Positions 41,265-54,987 of a DNA stretch of 64,000 nucleotides are shown one piece after another. The notes beneath the pieces are model-generated. The model did not search any database. It had not been told where the DNA came from and saw nothing but the letters and a program-made list of their open reading frames with translations. Source of the stretch: Octopus sinensis. Its lineage: Eukaryota. How positions within the stretch are numbered: position 1 is the stretch's first letter; each line of letters begins with the position of its first letter. The stretch covers positions 103,106,001-103,170,000 of the forward strand of contig NC_043003.1 of assembly GCF_006345805.1 (NCBI RefSeq). Reading direction: 5' to 3'. Made by a program: the position numbers and the translations under genes.

Positions 41265-41916
41265 CTTCTATTTATAAACGTTCTAAGATCTTCACAGCCT
41301 TGGGGTTTTTTTATCTCATTCTGAAAAATATTTTTTTTATATATACACACGCTGATATATGACCTACGTTGGACTCCTTATTTGCATAATCACTCAACCT
41401 GGAGCTTAACTATAGTCTGTCCGTAGCACTTACTCAGCATTACCTGACACCTTTCGGTCTTACTGACACCATTACCTCTTATAACATCCATATATATATA
41501 TATATATATACTACAAACTCTTTACTCCTTACTCTTTTACTTGTTTCAGTCATTTGACTGTGGCCATGCTGGAGCACCGCCTTTAGTCGAGCAAATCGAC
41601 CCCAGGACTTATTCTTTGTAAGCCTAGTATTTATTCTAACGGTCTCTTTTGCCTAACCGCTAAGTTACGGGGACGCAGACACACCAGCATCTGTTGTCAA
41701 GCGATGTTGGGGGGGGGGGAAACACACACACACATATATATACATATACATATATACGACAGGCTTCTTTCAGTTTCCGTCTACCAATCCACTCACAAGG
41801 CTTTGGTCGGCCCGAGGCTATAGTAGAAGACACTTGCCCAAGGTGCCGCGCAGTGGGACTGAACCCGGAACCATGTGGTCGGTAAGCAAGCTACTTACCA
41901 CACAGCCACTCCATTC

Positions 41917-41963
<47 letters not shown>

Positions 41964-42008
41964 TATATATATTATATCTATATATACACCACAACACACA
42001 CCACACAC

Positions 42009-42063
<55 letters not shown>

Positions 42064-42523
42064 CCTTAACCTTCACCGTAACCCGAGGTATCTTCTTTTT
42101 TTGTCTACTAGTTGTAACGATAATATCGATCAATCTAAGTTTTTCATGTCAGTTTATTAAATATCGGACTTCGCTTTATATCGGTAATCCGCGAATCAAG
42201 GATCAATATAATCAATAATTTACGAACAGGGCCAAACTAAATGTTGCGAACTATTTTTCTGCTGATCTCCCTTCACTTCTCGTTCATCTACCCACCTTTC
42301 TAACTTATTTCTTACATTCATTAACCATATCAGTACAACATGTTTTACGACATCTAACAGTTTAGCACAACCGAACAATTTAAACAAAGAGCTTGTCAAA
42401 GTACCTACATACGAAGCAAACTTGTAAGTTCACCTGGTGTTTAGTAACCTTGCCCACCACTCCGGACACAACACCTCAGTCACAACATCACAGACGCAAC
42501 AGCGGAGTCACAACACCATTCAC

Positions 42524-42620
42524 AAGAAGAAGAAGAAGAAGAAGAAGAAGAAGAAGAAGAAGAAGAAGAAGAAGAAGAAGAAGAAGAAGAAGAAGAAGAA
42601 GAAGAAGAAGAAGAAGAAGA
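42524..42620. repeat. (AAG)n microsatellite
   Basis: Direct reading. Confidence 0.95.
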
Positions 42621-43804
42621 ACCTTTGATTCAATAGTACTGCATAAAAACTCTATATTTGGAATGACCAATTTTAAATACTATTGGTCAGCTACAATACC
42701 ACAGCACAACCCAGTCACAACCTCACCACAGCTACAATATCAAAGTCACAATATCAAAGTCAACGTCTCAGTTCCAAGACCATTGTCACAACACAACAAT
42801 CACAGCACTTCAGTCACAACACCACAGTCACAACACCACAGTCAGAACAAAACACAATACCAAAGTTACTATAGCACATCCCCAAGTTTACAAAGCCTCC
42901 ACGTTATTTTCACCGCTTCTTGCTTCCATCAACCGATGCTGCTCTAATTAAACAACTTCATGACAACCCATTCCTTCATCCCCCAAATTAGCGCAACCCC
43001 AAAACATTGCAACCGCTATTCCATTACACGCAGTTTTAACAATCCAATCAACTTCTCATAATATGGCATCCCTCCAATAACATTCCATTGTATGACTACT
43101 GTAACGAACTTGCAATGTAGCCTCAACACGGTCACTGGACATGCCAGAAATAGCAGCAAGATCTCCATCATATTACAATCCTCCACAAAAGACGAGAGCG
43201 AATATATATAGATAAGCCAATGTTTGATAGACTATACCAGAAAAAATGTAGATACGCACAAGCGTAGCTATGTGATAAAAAGCTTGCTTCCCAACCACAT
43301 GGTTCCGAGTTCAGTCCCACTCCGTGGCACCTTGAGCAAGTGTATTCTAATAAACCCACGGGTCAACCAAAGCCATGCAGGAGCACCGCCTTTAGTCGAG
43401 CAAATCGACCCCAGGACTTATTCTTTGTAAGCCTAGTACTTATTCTATCGGTCCCTTTTGCCGGACCGCCAAGTTACGGGGACGTAAACACACCATCATC
43501 GGTTGTCAAGCGATGTTGGGAGGACAAACACAGACACACAAACACACACATACATATATATATATATATACATATATACAACGGGATTCTTTCAGTTTCC
43601 GTCTGCCAAATCCACTCACAGGGCTTTGGTCGGCCCGAGGCTATAGTAGCAGACACTTGCCCAAGGTGCCACGCAGTGGGACTGAACCCGGAACCATGTG
43701 GTTCGTAAGCAAGCTACTTACTACACAGCCCCTCCCCCGAAGTTGCTTGTCTTGCGTCAAAGTTTGAAACCATTAACCACAACAAACAACCTAATGCACA
43801 GATT

Positions 43805-43940
43805 CATACCACAACTGCCAACTCACAACACAAACTTACACCACAACCCCTAAACCCTAATCTAAGCCCTTTACACCACATCCCCTAACTCGTAACACAG
43901 CCTTACACCACAATCCCTAACTCACAACACAAGCTTACAT
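43805..43940 (+). repeat. Degenerate ~32-bp minisatellite (about 4 units) containing CCCTAA
   Basis: Units of the form ttacaccaca(a/t)..cctaact..(c/t)aacac(a)agc repeated head-to-tail. Confidence 0.55.
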
Positions 43941-44244
43941 TATAACATTACCACCCGACCCACAACTCAGGCAGCTTCTCGCTTCGTATCTTCTCGCTGG
44001 TAATGATTTATGTGGCGACTGCCAAATTACCAATATAAAAAGTAAATAAATGCTCGCTTTAACTGGGTATCTACTTGAATCTCCAAGAACCCATTATAAC
44101 AAGAATTCAACTGTACATTGACAAATACTTTAAGAGCGCGAAAATTAGCTGACAGCAATTGTTTTCTGTTTGGCTTAACATTTTTCTTCTCATACTCTCC
44201 GTTTCTTTCTCTCTGTTCTCTCTTTTTGCCCGCTTTTTCTCCGA

Positions 44245-44324
<80 letters not shown>

Positions 44325-44327
44325 TAT

Positions 44328-44371
<44 letters not shown>

Positions 44372-44372
44372 C

Positions 44373-44418
<46 letters not shown>

Positions 44419-45709
44419 TATATATAATATATTTGTCCTCTATCATTGGATATCCACGCGAGCGCACAACACACGCACCTTTTAATTCGTGTTTTTTTTA
44501 TATTCGTATATAGTCATTGTTTGAAAGATATTGAGGTCGTTGCTACTGCTGCTGCTGCTGCGTCTTTCATTTTGTCCTTTTTTTCTCTTTTTTATTGATG
44601 TTGTAATTGTAACTGTTATAAACTGGTGTGGATGTTGGTGTAATTATCCCTGATTTCCATCAGATCAAAACCAATGAAATGATGCAGTAAATCTACCCTA
44701 AGTTTATAATTCCAATTACTTCAAGTCACATACATATTCAGAAATGTGTACACACACACATGCAGAGACAGAAGGGGCGCCAGCACACACGCATTCACAA
44801 TGAAACACGAAAAACATCGATATACACATATTAGCAAATATATTTGAGTTCGTTCCCAATCAAAGTAGCTACCTGTATTCATTACACAATTGATATCACT
44901 TGATAAAAATTCGTATCAATATCACCAACTCGAAGAACTTTCTTTTCACAGAGCTATCTTGCTATCATTGTCTCAATGTGGAGAATTTCTCACCGTAATT
45001 CAAGTTTTCTTTCGGCGAACGGCTCCACCTCACAATACCAAACCAATTCTCCACATTATTTCTGGTTTATTCTGAAATAATGTCTAATTGTTACGTTAAA
45101 TTAATGATAAAATATAATCGAACAAATTTTTTTAAATGATATCACATACTTTGCTAAATTCCCCGATGAATGTTGTCAGGCATGGAAATACTTCAAGAGA
45201 GATAATCAACTTTTGATTATAACAAACAGTGTCTGGAAGGTGGTTCGGGTTATTTTGTTGGTGTTTAGTTTGCTTGCTGTTGGTCATAATTTTTTTCATA
45301 TGCCTATGTTCAAGGGTTTTTCAATCATATAAATTCTGTTTCGATTTCTTTACACTCTCAAAAATGTGGTCAATATCGAAGCCATAATATGTCGTCTGGT
45401 TTCTCTTCATTTTTAAAGGAGTAACGTTAATAACATAAATCATAAATCGTAAATGGCAGAATCAAACTGCTTACAAAACTATCAGCTACATTTACTTTCA
45501 CAAGATTACTGATAAATATTTCATCAAATTTAGAAAAAGACACTAATCGGCTTCAGTTATAATGGCTATGATTCACTTCTCGCTAGCTAGAGATTTATTT
45601 AATGTATCGAGTTGGCAAACAATAACTTTATAAAAGAGTGTATTGAGGTCAGTTTTGAACAGAAATTTCCGCCACTAAAATTGTCATTTAAATTTTTAAT
45701 GACATTTAG

Positions 45710-45772
45710 AAGCCCTTCTTAGTGAGATTAATACCAGATAAAACGACAGACGGATATGTGCCACACAAATAT
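45710..45772 (+). CDS. Candidate internal coding exon (phase 0-0), compatible with the exon at 37647
   Basis: aatttttaatgacattTAG|KPFLVRLIPDKTTDGYVPHKY|GTAAGC; this is the only open frame of the three. Confidence 0.3.
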
Positions 45773-46009
45773 GTAAGCATTGATATATTTACATGAACAA
45801 ACACAATAATAACAATGTATATATACATGTATGTATATAAGCACACTAGCACATGTATGCATACACACATATAGTAAGATATAAATTGAAAGAGATATAT
45901 AAATAGACATGCAGGCAGATGGATACTATTTTCGGCAATTAAACACAATACACACACACACACACACATCATAATGTAAGAATTGTAAAATATATTTATT
46001 TCCCACAGG

Positions 46010-46284
46010 AGGCTAAACACAGAGAGGTCAAACAAGGACAGACAAAGGGATTAAGTCAATTACATCGACCCCAGTACGTAACTGATACTTATTTAATCGA
46101 CCCCGAAAGGATGAAAGGCAAAGTCGACCTCGGCGAAATTTGAACTCAGAACGTAGTGGCAGACGAAATACCTATTTCTTTACTACCCACAAGGGGCTAA
46201 ACATAGAGGGGACGAAGAAGGACAGACAAAGGGATTAAGTCGATTATATCGACCCCAGTGCGTAAGTGGTACTTAATTTATCGA
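46010..46284 (-). mobile_element. Head-to-tail tandem units of SINE family A (array continues at 49268-49450)
   Basis: On -, the tail ...gtagtaaagaaata(g/c) joins directly to GTATTTCGTCTG at both 46160 and 49283. Confidence 0.75.
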
Positions 46285-49267
46285 CTCCGCATCCGACCCC
46301 GAGAGGCACGGCAGCCCGGTAAGAAAGTTCTCGAGGGCTCTCCCACCACCAGGACCGCCGTCACCCCCGAACAGCTGGGCGAAGTACTTCCGAAAGACCT
46401 CACACATTTTCTCGGGTTCATTTACCAAGACACCATTTTGGTTCGTCAAAGACCGGATAGAGGAACTATTTCCTTGCCGAGCTTCCACCACTCGGGCCCA
46501 TCCAGCGGCTTTGATTCCTTCACTTCCCATTGCAGGTAACTTAGCTCTGGCAATACTTCCCATGTGTTGGGTTTCAAGATGCTGGTTTAACTCCAGTCTT
46601 TTCACCCTCGCTTGGTCTGCATTATCAGTCCTCCAGGCTTCTTCTAGTTCCTTAACTAGACCATCTCCTATTCTACGTCCCTTCTTAGCTAAACTTATGC
46701 TAAACCTAATAGACTCATATTTGATGGCTCTTTTTAGGGCGTACCACCATTTGTTATTAATGATGGTACCTGTTAATGCCCTCTGTATTAACATATTGAT
46801 CCGCTTTCTGTACTCCTCAATCGCCAAAAGGGACGTATTGAGTTTCCAGTAGCCAGATCCCTGTCTATGCAACTTATCTACCGTCAGTTTACGGGTAACC
46901 ATCTTGTGGTCACTGTAGCTGACTAGAAAAAACTGTGGACACTCAACTATGGACGTATCTGTTTCTCTAATTAAAATCCTATCTAGATATGTTCTCGTAG
47001 ACCCGTCACTATTAGACCACGTCCACTGTGGAGTGTTCGGGTGCTCCAACCTGTATGGATCTGCTAGCTGAAATTGACTTAGCAGATTACGAAAGCCTGG
47101 GTTACATTTTCTGTTCATGTTCGAGCTCGAGCCAACACAATCTGTGTGTGCTGCACATATTGTGTTAAAGTCAACTAACAGTACTAATGAATGCGACGTG
47201 GCTAGGAACTTTCCCAGGTCACGAAAATATTCAGTTTGCGGGCCAATAATGTTTGGTGCGTAAATAGCGACCAGCCTGATTGTCTTGCGACAACTGAATG
47301 TCAGGTCAAGAACGACCAACCTGCCTTCTGGGTCAGAAAAAAACAACTTTTTCTCGGCTACTCGGTTTCTTTTTAGTAGGACCAACACCCCACCCCTACC
47401 GCCCGCCCGACTCGGAGAAACGTATTTCTCGTAGACGTTCAGGAGGGGGAGCAGATCTCTTGGCCCCTTCACCCGGGTTTCCGTTGCAACAATTACATCC
47501 AAATTTCTCGACCTGATGTCATTTAGAAAGCGTCCTTGCTTCCAGCTTGACATCAGACCACGAACATTTATACAACCAATGTGAATAGACATGACTTACC
47601 TGTTTAATCAGGATTGTCCGGTAGAGGGGGGCCCTCCACCTTTTTTTAATCCAGAGTCGGAGGTGGACGGTCTTGGGAAATAGATTTGTCAAAATCCCGT
47701 CTCACCACCGACACAGAATTATCAGGTGGAGGGGGAATCTCCACCTTTTCCTTTTCTCGCGGGATCGGAGCTGGTAATCCATGAAATATCGACTTGTTAA
47801 AATCTAATCTCAATGAAGATACAGTCTTTCTGTACTTATTTTGTAAAATTCTATGAGTCTTATTTGAGACTTCATATATGTCGTAATTGATAAATTCCTC
47901 TGAAAGGTTATCTATTTTTTTAACAGTCTTAATCAGTTGAATGTCTCTCATTAGCTCAGTATCTTTAGTGTATACGGCTATTATGCCCTTTTCTTCTTTT
48001 TCTCTTCTGACAATCTTTTTTGATCGTTGTTCTGTAGTAGTCGCCGCTCTCGGTTGATTTGCTGGTTGTATTTCCCTTTTGTTTGTTGTTTTCTTCTCAT
48101 CTTTTTCTTCTTCCTCTCTTTTCTTTTTTCTCCTCTTCCTCCTCTTCTTTCTCTTCCTCATTTTCCTTGCAGTTCCTTCGAATGTGGCCTAATTGACCAC
48201 ATAAAAAACATCGAGGTTTTCGGCCCTCAACAAACACCACGAGGTTCTCCTCCCCTACCTCAATTGTCTCGGGAATTGCTTGAATTATTTTAGGGTCCGC
48301 TTGAATGAGGAGACTAATTGTTTGACCATCCCAGTGTGCGTTTTCGGTAGCCGTAGCCTGGAGGAGAGTAATTTTCTCTTCTTCTTTGAATCTGACTGCC
48401 GCCAACAACCACATAGGGTCCACTATGGTGGGACCCTTGTAATTTTAATCTGGACGTTCTCATCCCCATATAGGTGGGGATGAGCTCCTCGTCGTTCGTT
48501 TTCAGCGTTTCTATTGAGTGCTTTTGTGCGATTTCTTTGTTGCCTCTTCTCAGATAAACCACGTCACACCATATTGGCTTCAAGCACTTTTCTATCTTCT
48601 CTTCTGTCATTCTTTCAATTTTTCATTTTTGTAAACAATAAGTTTTGAAAATTATTGTTTTTTGTTTTTCTTCTTGTAGTAACTTTTCCGGAGGTTGAAT
48701 TTTAACAACGTTGTCATTTATTTTCATCATTTGGCTGTATTTCATAAAGTCACTCTTATTCGTCGAAAGTAGCCGGGTTCCACCCCCAGCTGCCAACGCA
48801 AAACTTTTTTTTCCATTTTTTGGTTCTGTCTGGATGCTAGGTACATCAATCATTCTTTTGAACACAATGCCCTTGTTCTCTGGCAAATTCGGAAACTCTT
48901 TTGGTAAAAGTTCTGACGAGCTTTTATACACATCTCCAAAAAAAATCAAATAAATTATCCATTCTGCTATTCCTTCTTGTAACGGGGGAAACAATTATTT
49001 CTCTGTTTGTAGTTGGCTCCTCGCCGGACAACATGTAATTCCTCCTCTCAACCGGAGAAACAAACATTTCTGCTCCAACGGTAGGCTCCTTGCTAGACGA
49101 CATTCTCCCCCCCCCCAAAGGGGAATGAACAACGCGTGCTACTACAAGCACTAAGTGTTTTCAAATGGAAACTCCAACAGTTAAGTAATTCAACAATTTA
49201 ACAAGAAACAACAGTTATTAACAATATTAACACGAAGAAACAGCAATTTTCACCACGAACACATGTG
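46285..49267 (-). mobile_element. Tx1/L1-clade LINE 5' half: 5' UTR, disrupted gag-like ORF1 with CCHC knuckle, uninterrupted ORF2 N-terminus (AP endonuclease), RT deleted
   Basis: ORF1 pieces include KPRCFLCGQLGHIRRNC; ORF2 from ATG 47592 reads CINVRGL, VATET, AIYAPN, DFN, WTW, LDRILI, SDH, GYWKLNTSLL and is open for over 430 codons. Confidence 0.92.
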
Positions 49268-49603
49268 CGACAGACGAAATACGTATTTCTTTACTACCCA
49301 CAAGGGGCTAAACACAGAGAGGACAAACAAGGACAGACAAACGGATTAAATCGATTATGTCTACCCCAGTGCGTAACTGGTACTTATTTAATCGACCCCG
49401 AAAGGATGAAAGGCAAAGTCGACCTCGGCGGAATTTGAACTCAGAACGGAAGTTGAAAGAGAGAGAGAGAAAAGAAAGAAAAAGAAAGAGAACGAGAAAG
49501 AGAGAGAGGGAGAAAGAGAAAGAAGGAAAGAGAGGAAGAAAGAGAGAGAGGTAATATTACTGGCATACAGTAATATTTTAGAGAAAAGAAAAGACTTTGT
49601 GTA

Positions 49604-49655
<52 letters not shown>

Positions 49656-50029
49656 ACAGACAGAGACTGACAGGCAGAGACAGGCAAAGAGAAGACAGAC
49701 AGACAGACAGACAGACAGATAAACAGACATACTGGCAGGCAGGCAAACAGACAGAAACTGAGACAGTGAATGTACACAAACAAAGAAAGAGGAAAGAGAA
49801 AGAGAGAGCGAGACAGAAGTAGTGTCTGTGACCACGTATTTATATTAGAAAGGCTGTTGTTGCTTAGCCCCAGGAGGGCAGTGATCAAGCAGAACCTTTC
49901 AGCAAGCAGAGTTTACCTTGGACAATGCTATTTCATGTGTTCCTATTTCTAAGATGAACCAATATGAATTGAGGGAGGACATTTGACTGCTATTTCTAAC
50001 AGATCACGCCACCACGGACGTTTCCTGTA

Positions 50030-50434
50030 TTGGTTCGGAGATGTTGCTGTTGCTGGTTGTTGTTGCTGTTGCTGTTGAGCGAAGAGGTCTTCGTCTCAGA
50101 GTGGGAGAAGTCCGAAACGTGGTCCTTTGCTATTCGTAAGACCCGCAGAAGAGAAAGCAGGTCAACCCCCGACTCCGAGAGCATCGACGGATAGATGAAT
50201 CCGCATCCAGGCTCAGCGGTTGCGTAGGAAGTCGGGGACAAGAAACAGGAAGAAAGAGTGAGAGAAAGTTGGAGCGAAAGAGTACAACAGGGGTCGGCCA
50301 CCACCCCCTGCCGGAGCCTCGTAGAGCTTTAGTGTTTTCGCTCAATAAACACACACAACGCCCGGTCTGGGAATCGAAACCGCGATCCTCCGACCGCGAG
50401 TCCGCTGCCCTAACCACTGGGCCATTGCGCCTCC
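50030..50434 (-). mobile_element. tRNA-derived SINE family D
   Basis: Sense head GGAGGCGCAATGGCCCAGTGGTTAGGGCAGCGGACTCGCGGTCGG...GGTTTCGATTCCCAGACC; the 3' boundary is approximate. Confidence 0.7.
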
Positions 50435-50790
50435 GCTGTTGCTGGTTGTTGTTGTCGTTATTGCTGCTGCTGCTTTTCTTCTATCTCTTGTTGCTTCTGG
50501 TCAGGACTGATTAAGCAGACCTGTGATCAAGGGCGTTTCCAGCTGTGCGTGTGATTTGAGAAAGATTTGGCTGTTGTTGATAGCAAGTTGAATGACAGCA
50601 TTAAGGAGAGCGGGGGGCGTGTCCGCGAGGTGAGTGACAGAGAGTAGGAGGGAAAGAAAGGGAGGGAAGGGGCAGAAACTGAAAAAAAGTTGAAGATTTA
50701 GCTGCTATTTCTAGAAAGCTGAGCGACTACATACAGGCTTCCCTGTTGTCTTGTGAGAATAAAAAGAGAAAGTGCAGAGGTTAAAGTGAG

Positions 50791-50835
<45 letters not shown>

Positions 50836-50852
50836 GGATAGATGGATAGATG

Positions 50853-50899
<47 letters not shown>

Positions 50900-51862
50900 T
50901 ATGTTCTTTATTAGCCACACAGGGCTGCACACAGATAGAACACATTACAAGGTAGAGCTTTCTTTTGAAGGTTTAAAAAAAAAAAAAAAAAAAAAAAGGA
51001 AGGGGGAGTTTCGATCAAAAGGGATCGTAAAAGGAGAGAAAGAGGGCAAAAAAAGGGGGGGGGGTTAAAAAAAAAAAGGTGGGGAGAGGAAAAAAAAATT
51101 GATCAATAGGGATCGTTATCACAGAAATGTCAATATGAAGTGTAAAGGGGAGGACAGGTGAGGTTTACCCGTGGAAAGAAAAGCCTACGGAAAAGACCAC
51201 GGTAACCTCGGTCAATGAAGTCAAATTTTATATTTCTTTTTTTTTTTTTTTTTTTTTTGCAAATAAGCAACTCTCGGTTTTCGATTTTTCTGGGTTCATA
51301 GGACTATGCTCAAGGTGGCTTCGTCATTCATACGTGCCATTCTTGCTACATTCACCCATCTTTTTTTAAAACATTCGCTAGACAAAACTTGCCTCTCTAC
51401 TCTCACTTTCCTTTTCAAGTGGTACTTGAAGAAGTTGATGAGAGATTGACCAGAGAGGAAAGTGTTTGTCTCCAATCCTTTCAGACGCGTCCACCAGATA
51501 CATTCTTTCGCCATAGCCACAAGGATGATGAAAATAGCTCTTCCTTCCCGTTTGAAGGAAGAGGCGTGACAATATTGACGATAGACTCAGCTGATAAACC
51601 CGACCGTCCCACACGTGACAGCAGTTGTTCGACATAAGCCCACAGGTCGGAACTGTTGGACACTGAACGAGTGCGTGCAGAACGGTTTCGTCGCTCTGAC
51701 CGCATCTCGGGCAGGTCGGCCCCGTGTTTCTCGAGCCGTGTCTGTAGAGCTTATCCCGAACGGGTAGCGCTTCTCGGTAGCACTGCCAGGCCAGGGATCT
51801 CTGGAAGTTGTCCATGGGCCCTGGCCCGAAAGTCGTCCGAACAGGCGGGTCAGGTACTCCTC
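50900..51862 (-). mobile_element. 5'-truncated Tx1-clade LINE (ORF2 C-terminus plus 3' UTR) flanked on both sides by (GATA)n
   Basis: [16 protein letters not shown]...[18 protein letters not shown]; sense 3' end ctAATAAAgaacata followed by (tcta)n. Confidence 0.88.
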
Positions 51863-51874
51863 AGATAGATAGAT

Positions 51875-51939
<65 letters not shown>

Positions 51940-51948
51940 GGATAGATG

Positions 51949-52043
<95 letters not shown>

Positions 52044-53136
52044 GGGGAAGAGAGAGAGAGACCGTTTATAGGTGTTTTTTGTTTCTAATTCGAGGTTAGT
52101 ACTGATCGAGCAGAACGATAATGAAAAGCATCCCAGCCATGACCATCTCATCACATTTTAGGGCTGTTTACTACAACATTAAAGAATATATTCTTTCTTT
52201 AATCAAGACGGCAGAGTTTCTAATAGGAAATATATTTGGCTGCTATTTCTAGCCAGCCGATCGAACGACTTCGTTCTTTCATGTGTGTTATGCCTGATGT
52301 GTGTTATGTTTGATGTGTGTATATGTGTGTGTATGTTACGTATCTATTTGGTGCGGGATTATATGTGTATGTGTACATAATATGTGTGTGATTTGCTATG
52401 ATACCGCTTATCAGCTGTATACGTATGAAAACGCACGTGCGCGTATGTATGCATGAGTGCATGTGTGTATGTGTTGTATATTTGATAGAAACTGTGCGTG
52501 TGTGTGTTAATAGAAAGTATATATGCATGTGTGCGTATTTAATAGAAAGTATGCGTGTGTGTGCGTGTGTGCGTGTGAGTGTCTGTGTGTGTATTACAGA
52601 GATCTGAATATCTGTGTATTAGATAGAAAGTATGTGTATATATGTGTATTTGAAAGTATATGCGCGTGTGTTTATGTGTGTGTTTGTTTGATACAAAGTG
52701 AGTGCGTGTGTGTCAGCGAGAGTGAATATATATGTGCGCACCGGAGGGATGGAAAGAGAGAAAGAGAGAGTAACAGGAGAAAGTCAGAGTGAGAGAGGGA
52801 GGTTATGCAGTAGTGTCCAGTAATGGAGTTAGCCAACGTCCGAAGATCAACACATTAGCGACATCAGTGATCTTTTTATTCAATGGCCCCAGAAAAACAT
52901 AATAAAAACAAAACTCGCCATTATTGTTTGTTTGCATGTGTATGTATGTATGTGTATGTGTGTGTTACATATTATAATAAATACTCACATATATGCGTAT
53001 ATGAATGCATTATATGAGTGTGTGTGCATGTATATTAGAGTTTCTGTGTGTGTGTGTGTGTCTGTGTAAGTGTGCGCGCGTGCGCGCGTGCGTGCTTCTG
53101 TATGTGTACAGACAAAATGTATGAACAAATGTATAA

Positions 53137-53178
<42 letters not shown>

Positions 53179-53195
53179 GGATAGATGGATGGATG

Positions 53196-53270
<75 letters not shown>

Positions 53271-53279
53271 GGATGGATG

Positions 53280-53322
<43 letters not shown>

Positions 53323-53343
53323 GGATGGATAGATGGATAGATG

Positions 53344-53377
<34 letters not shown>

Positions 53378-53379
<2 letters not shown>

Positions 53380-53748
53380 TGTTTCTTTATTAGCCACACA
53401 GGGCTGCACATAGATAGAACAAATTACAAGGTAGAGCTTTTCTTTTGAAGGTAAAAAAAAATAAAAAATAAAAAAAATAAAAAATAAAAAATAAAAATAA
53501 AAAAGGGGGGTCGATCAAAAGGGATCGTAAAAGGAGAGAAAGAGGACAAAAAAGGGGGGTTAAAAAAAGGGGGAGAGGAAAAAAAATTGATCAATAGGGA
53601 TCGTTATCACAGAAATGTCAATATGAAGTGTAAAGGGGAGGACAGGTGAGGTTTACCCGTGGAAAGAAAAGCCTACGGAAAAGACCACGGTAACCTCGGT
53701 CAATGAAGTCACATGTTATATTTCTTTTTTTTTTTTTTTTTGCAAATA
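53378..53748 (-). mobile_element. Short 3'-UTR-only copy of the same Tx1 family, also abutting (GATA)n
   Basis: Near-identical to 50900-51265 apart from homopolymer length differences. Confidence 0.85.
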
Positions 53749-54014
53749 TATCCGTCAACTGTAACTAATGTAAAATATATATATATATATATACACATCT
53801 ATATATAGCCTGTATGCGTGTGTATTTACACGGAAACATACACATATCTACATGTACATATGTATATATGCATATATACATTAGGGTAAATGTTTTTAAT
53901 TTTCCTTTGATTTCTGAATAACTACTATTTAGCGGTTTGAGTATAGCTGCTCGTTTTAGTGAGTTGAATGGCTATTAAGGCCATTCCTTAATATTATTAT
54001 ATATGCATATATAT

Positions 54015-54117
<103 letters not shown>

Positions 54118-54182
54118 CATACATACACATACACATACACACAAACGCACACACACACACAAACACACACACACACACATAT

Positions 54183-54218
<36 letters not shown>

Positions 54219-54987
54219 ATAATTATTGTGAAGGCGGGTGGCTTAGTGGTTAGGGCATTCGGCTCACGATCATAAGGTCGTGAGTTCGATTCCCAGTAAC
54301 GCGTTGTGTCCTTGAGCAAGACACTTTATTTCACGTTGCTCCAGTCCACTCACCTGGCAAAAACGAGTAGTACCTGTATTTCAAATGTACTTGTCACACT
54401 ATAACACGCTGAATGTCTCTGAGAACTACGTTAAGGGTAGACGTGTCCGTGGAATCCTCAGCCACTTGCACGCTAATTTCACGAGCAAGCTGTACTGCTG
54501 ATCGTATCAGCTGGCACCCTCGTCGTCGTAACCGACGGAGTGCTCTTATATATAATTATCGGCTTAGCCTTATATATAATTTATATGCAATGTACATATA
54601 CACACGTACATTTTGTACTCATATCTCACACACACACATATAAACACATATATTCATACATATGTGAATGGCCGAGTGGTCTGGATGTTGCACTCACAAT
54701 CGCGAGATCGTGGTTTCAATTCCTAGACCAGGTGGTGCGTCGTATTCTTGAGCAAAGCACTTCATCTCATGTTGCTCAGTGATCACTTCGACATCAGATG
54801 TGTGGCACACAGTGCACCTGTTCAGGTAACGTTGATTTGATGGAGAGAGTGAGTTAATATGTGACACAGACATTTGATCCCTATGAGCAAATCATTTGTG
54901 CAGGTTGTTCGGTCAAAGCTGAACACCACCCATACATCGTCTTCGACAGGATAATCCATCATATATGTTGATATATACATGTAAATG

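Noticed and set aside
43846-43866. Interstitial telomeric repeat (CCCTAA)
   Set aside because: Only two imperfect units inside a longer minisatellite.
44943-44985. Exon-like segment reading LSCYHC (Ly6/three-finger-like start)
   Set aside because: Weak donor, immediate in-frame stop if unspliced, and phases incompatible with the neighbouring candidate exons.
46010-46284. CRISPR-like or satellite array
   Set aside because: The units are whole SINE bodies with no unique spacers; eukaryotic context.
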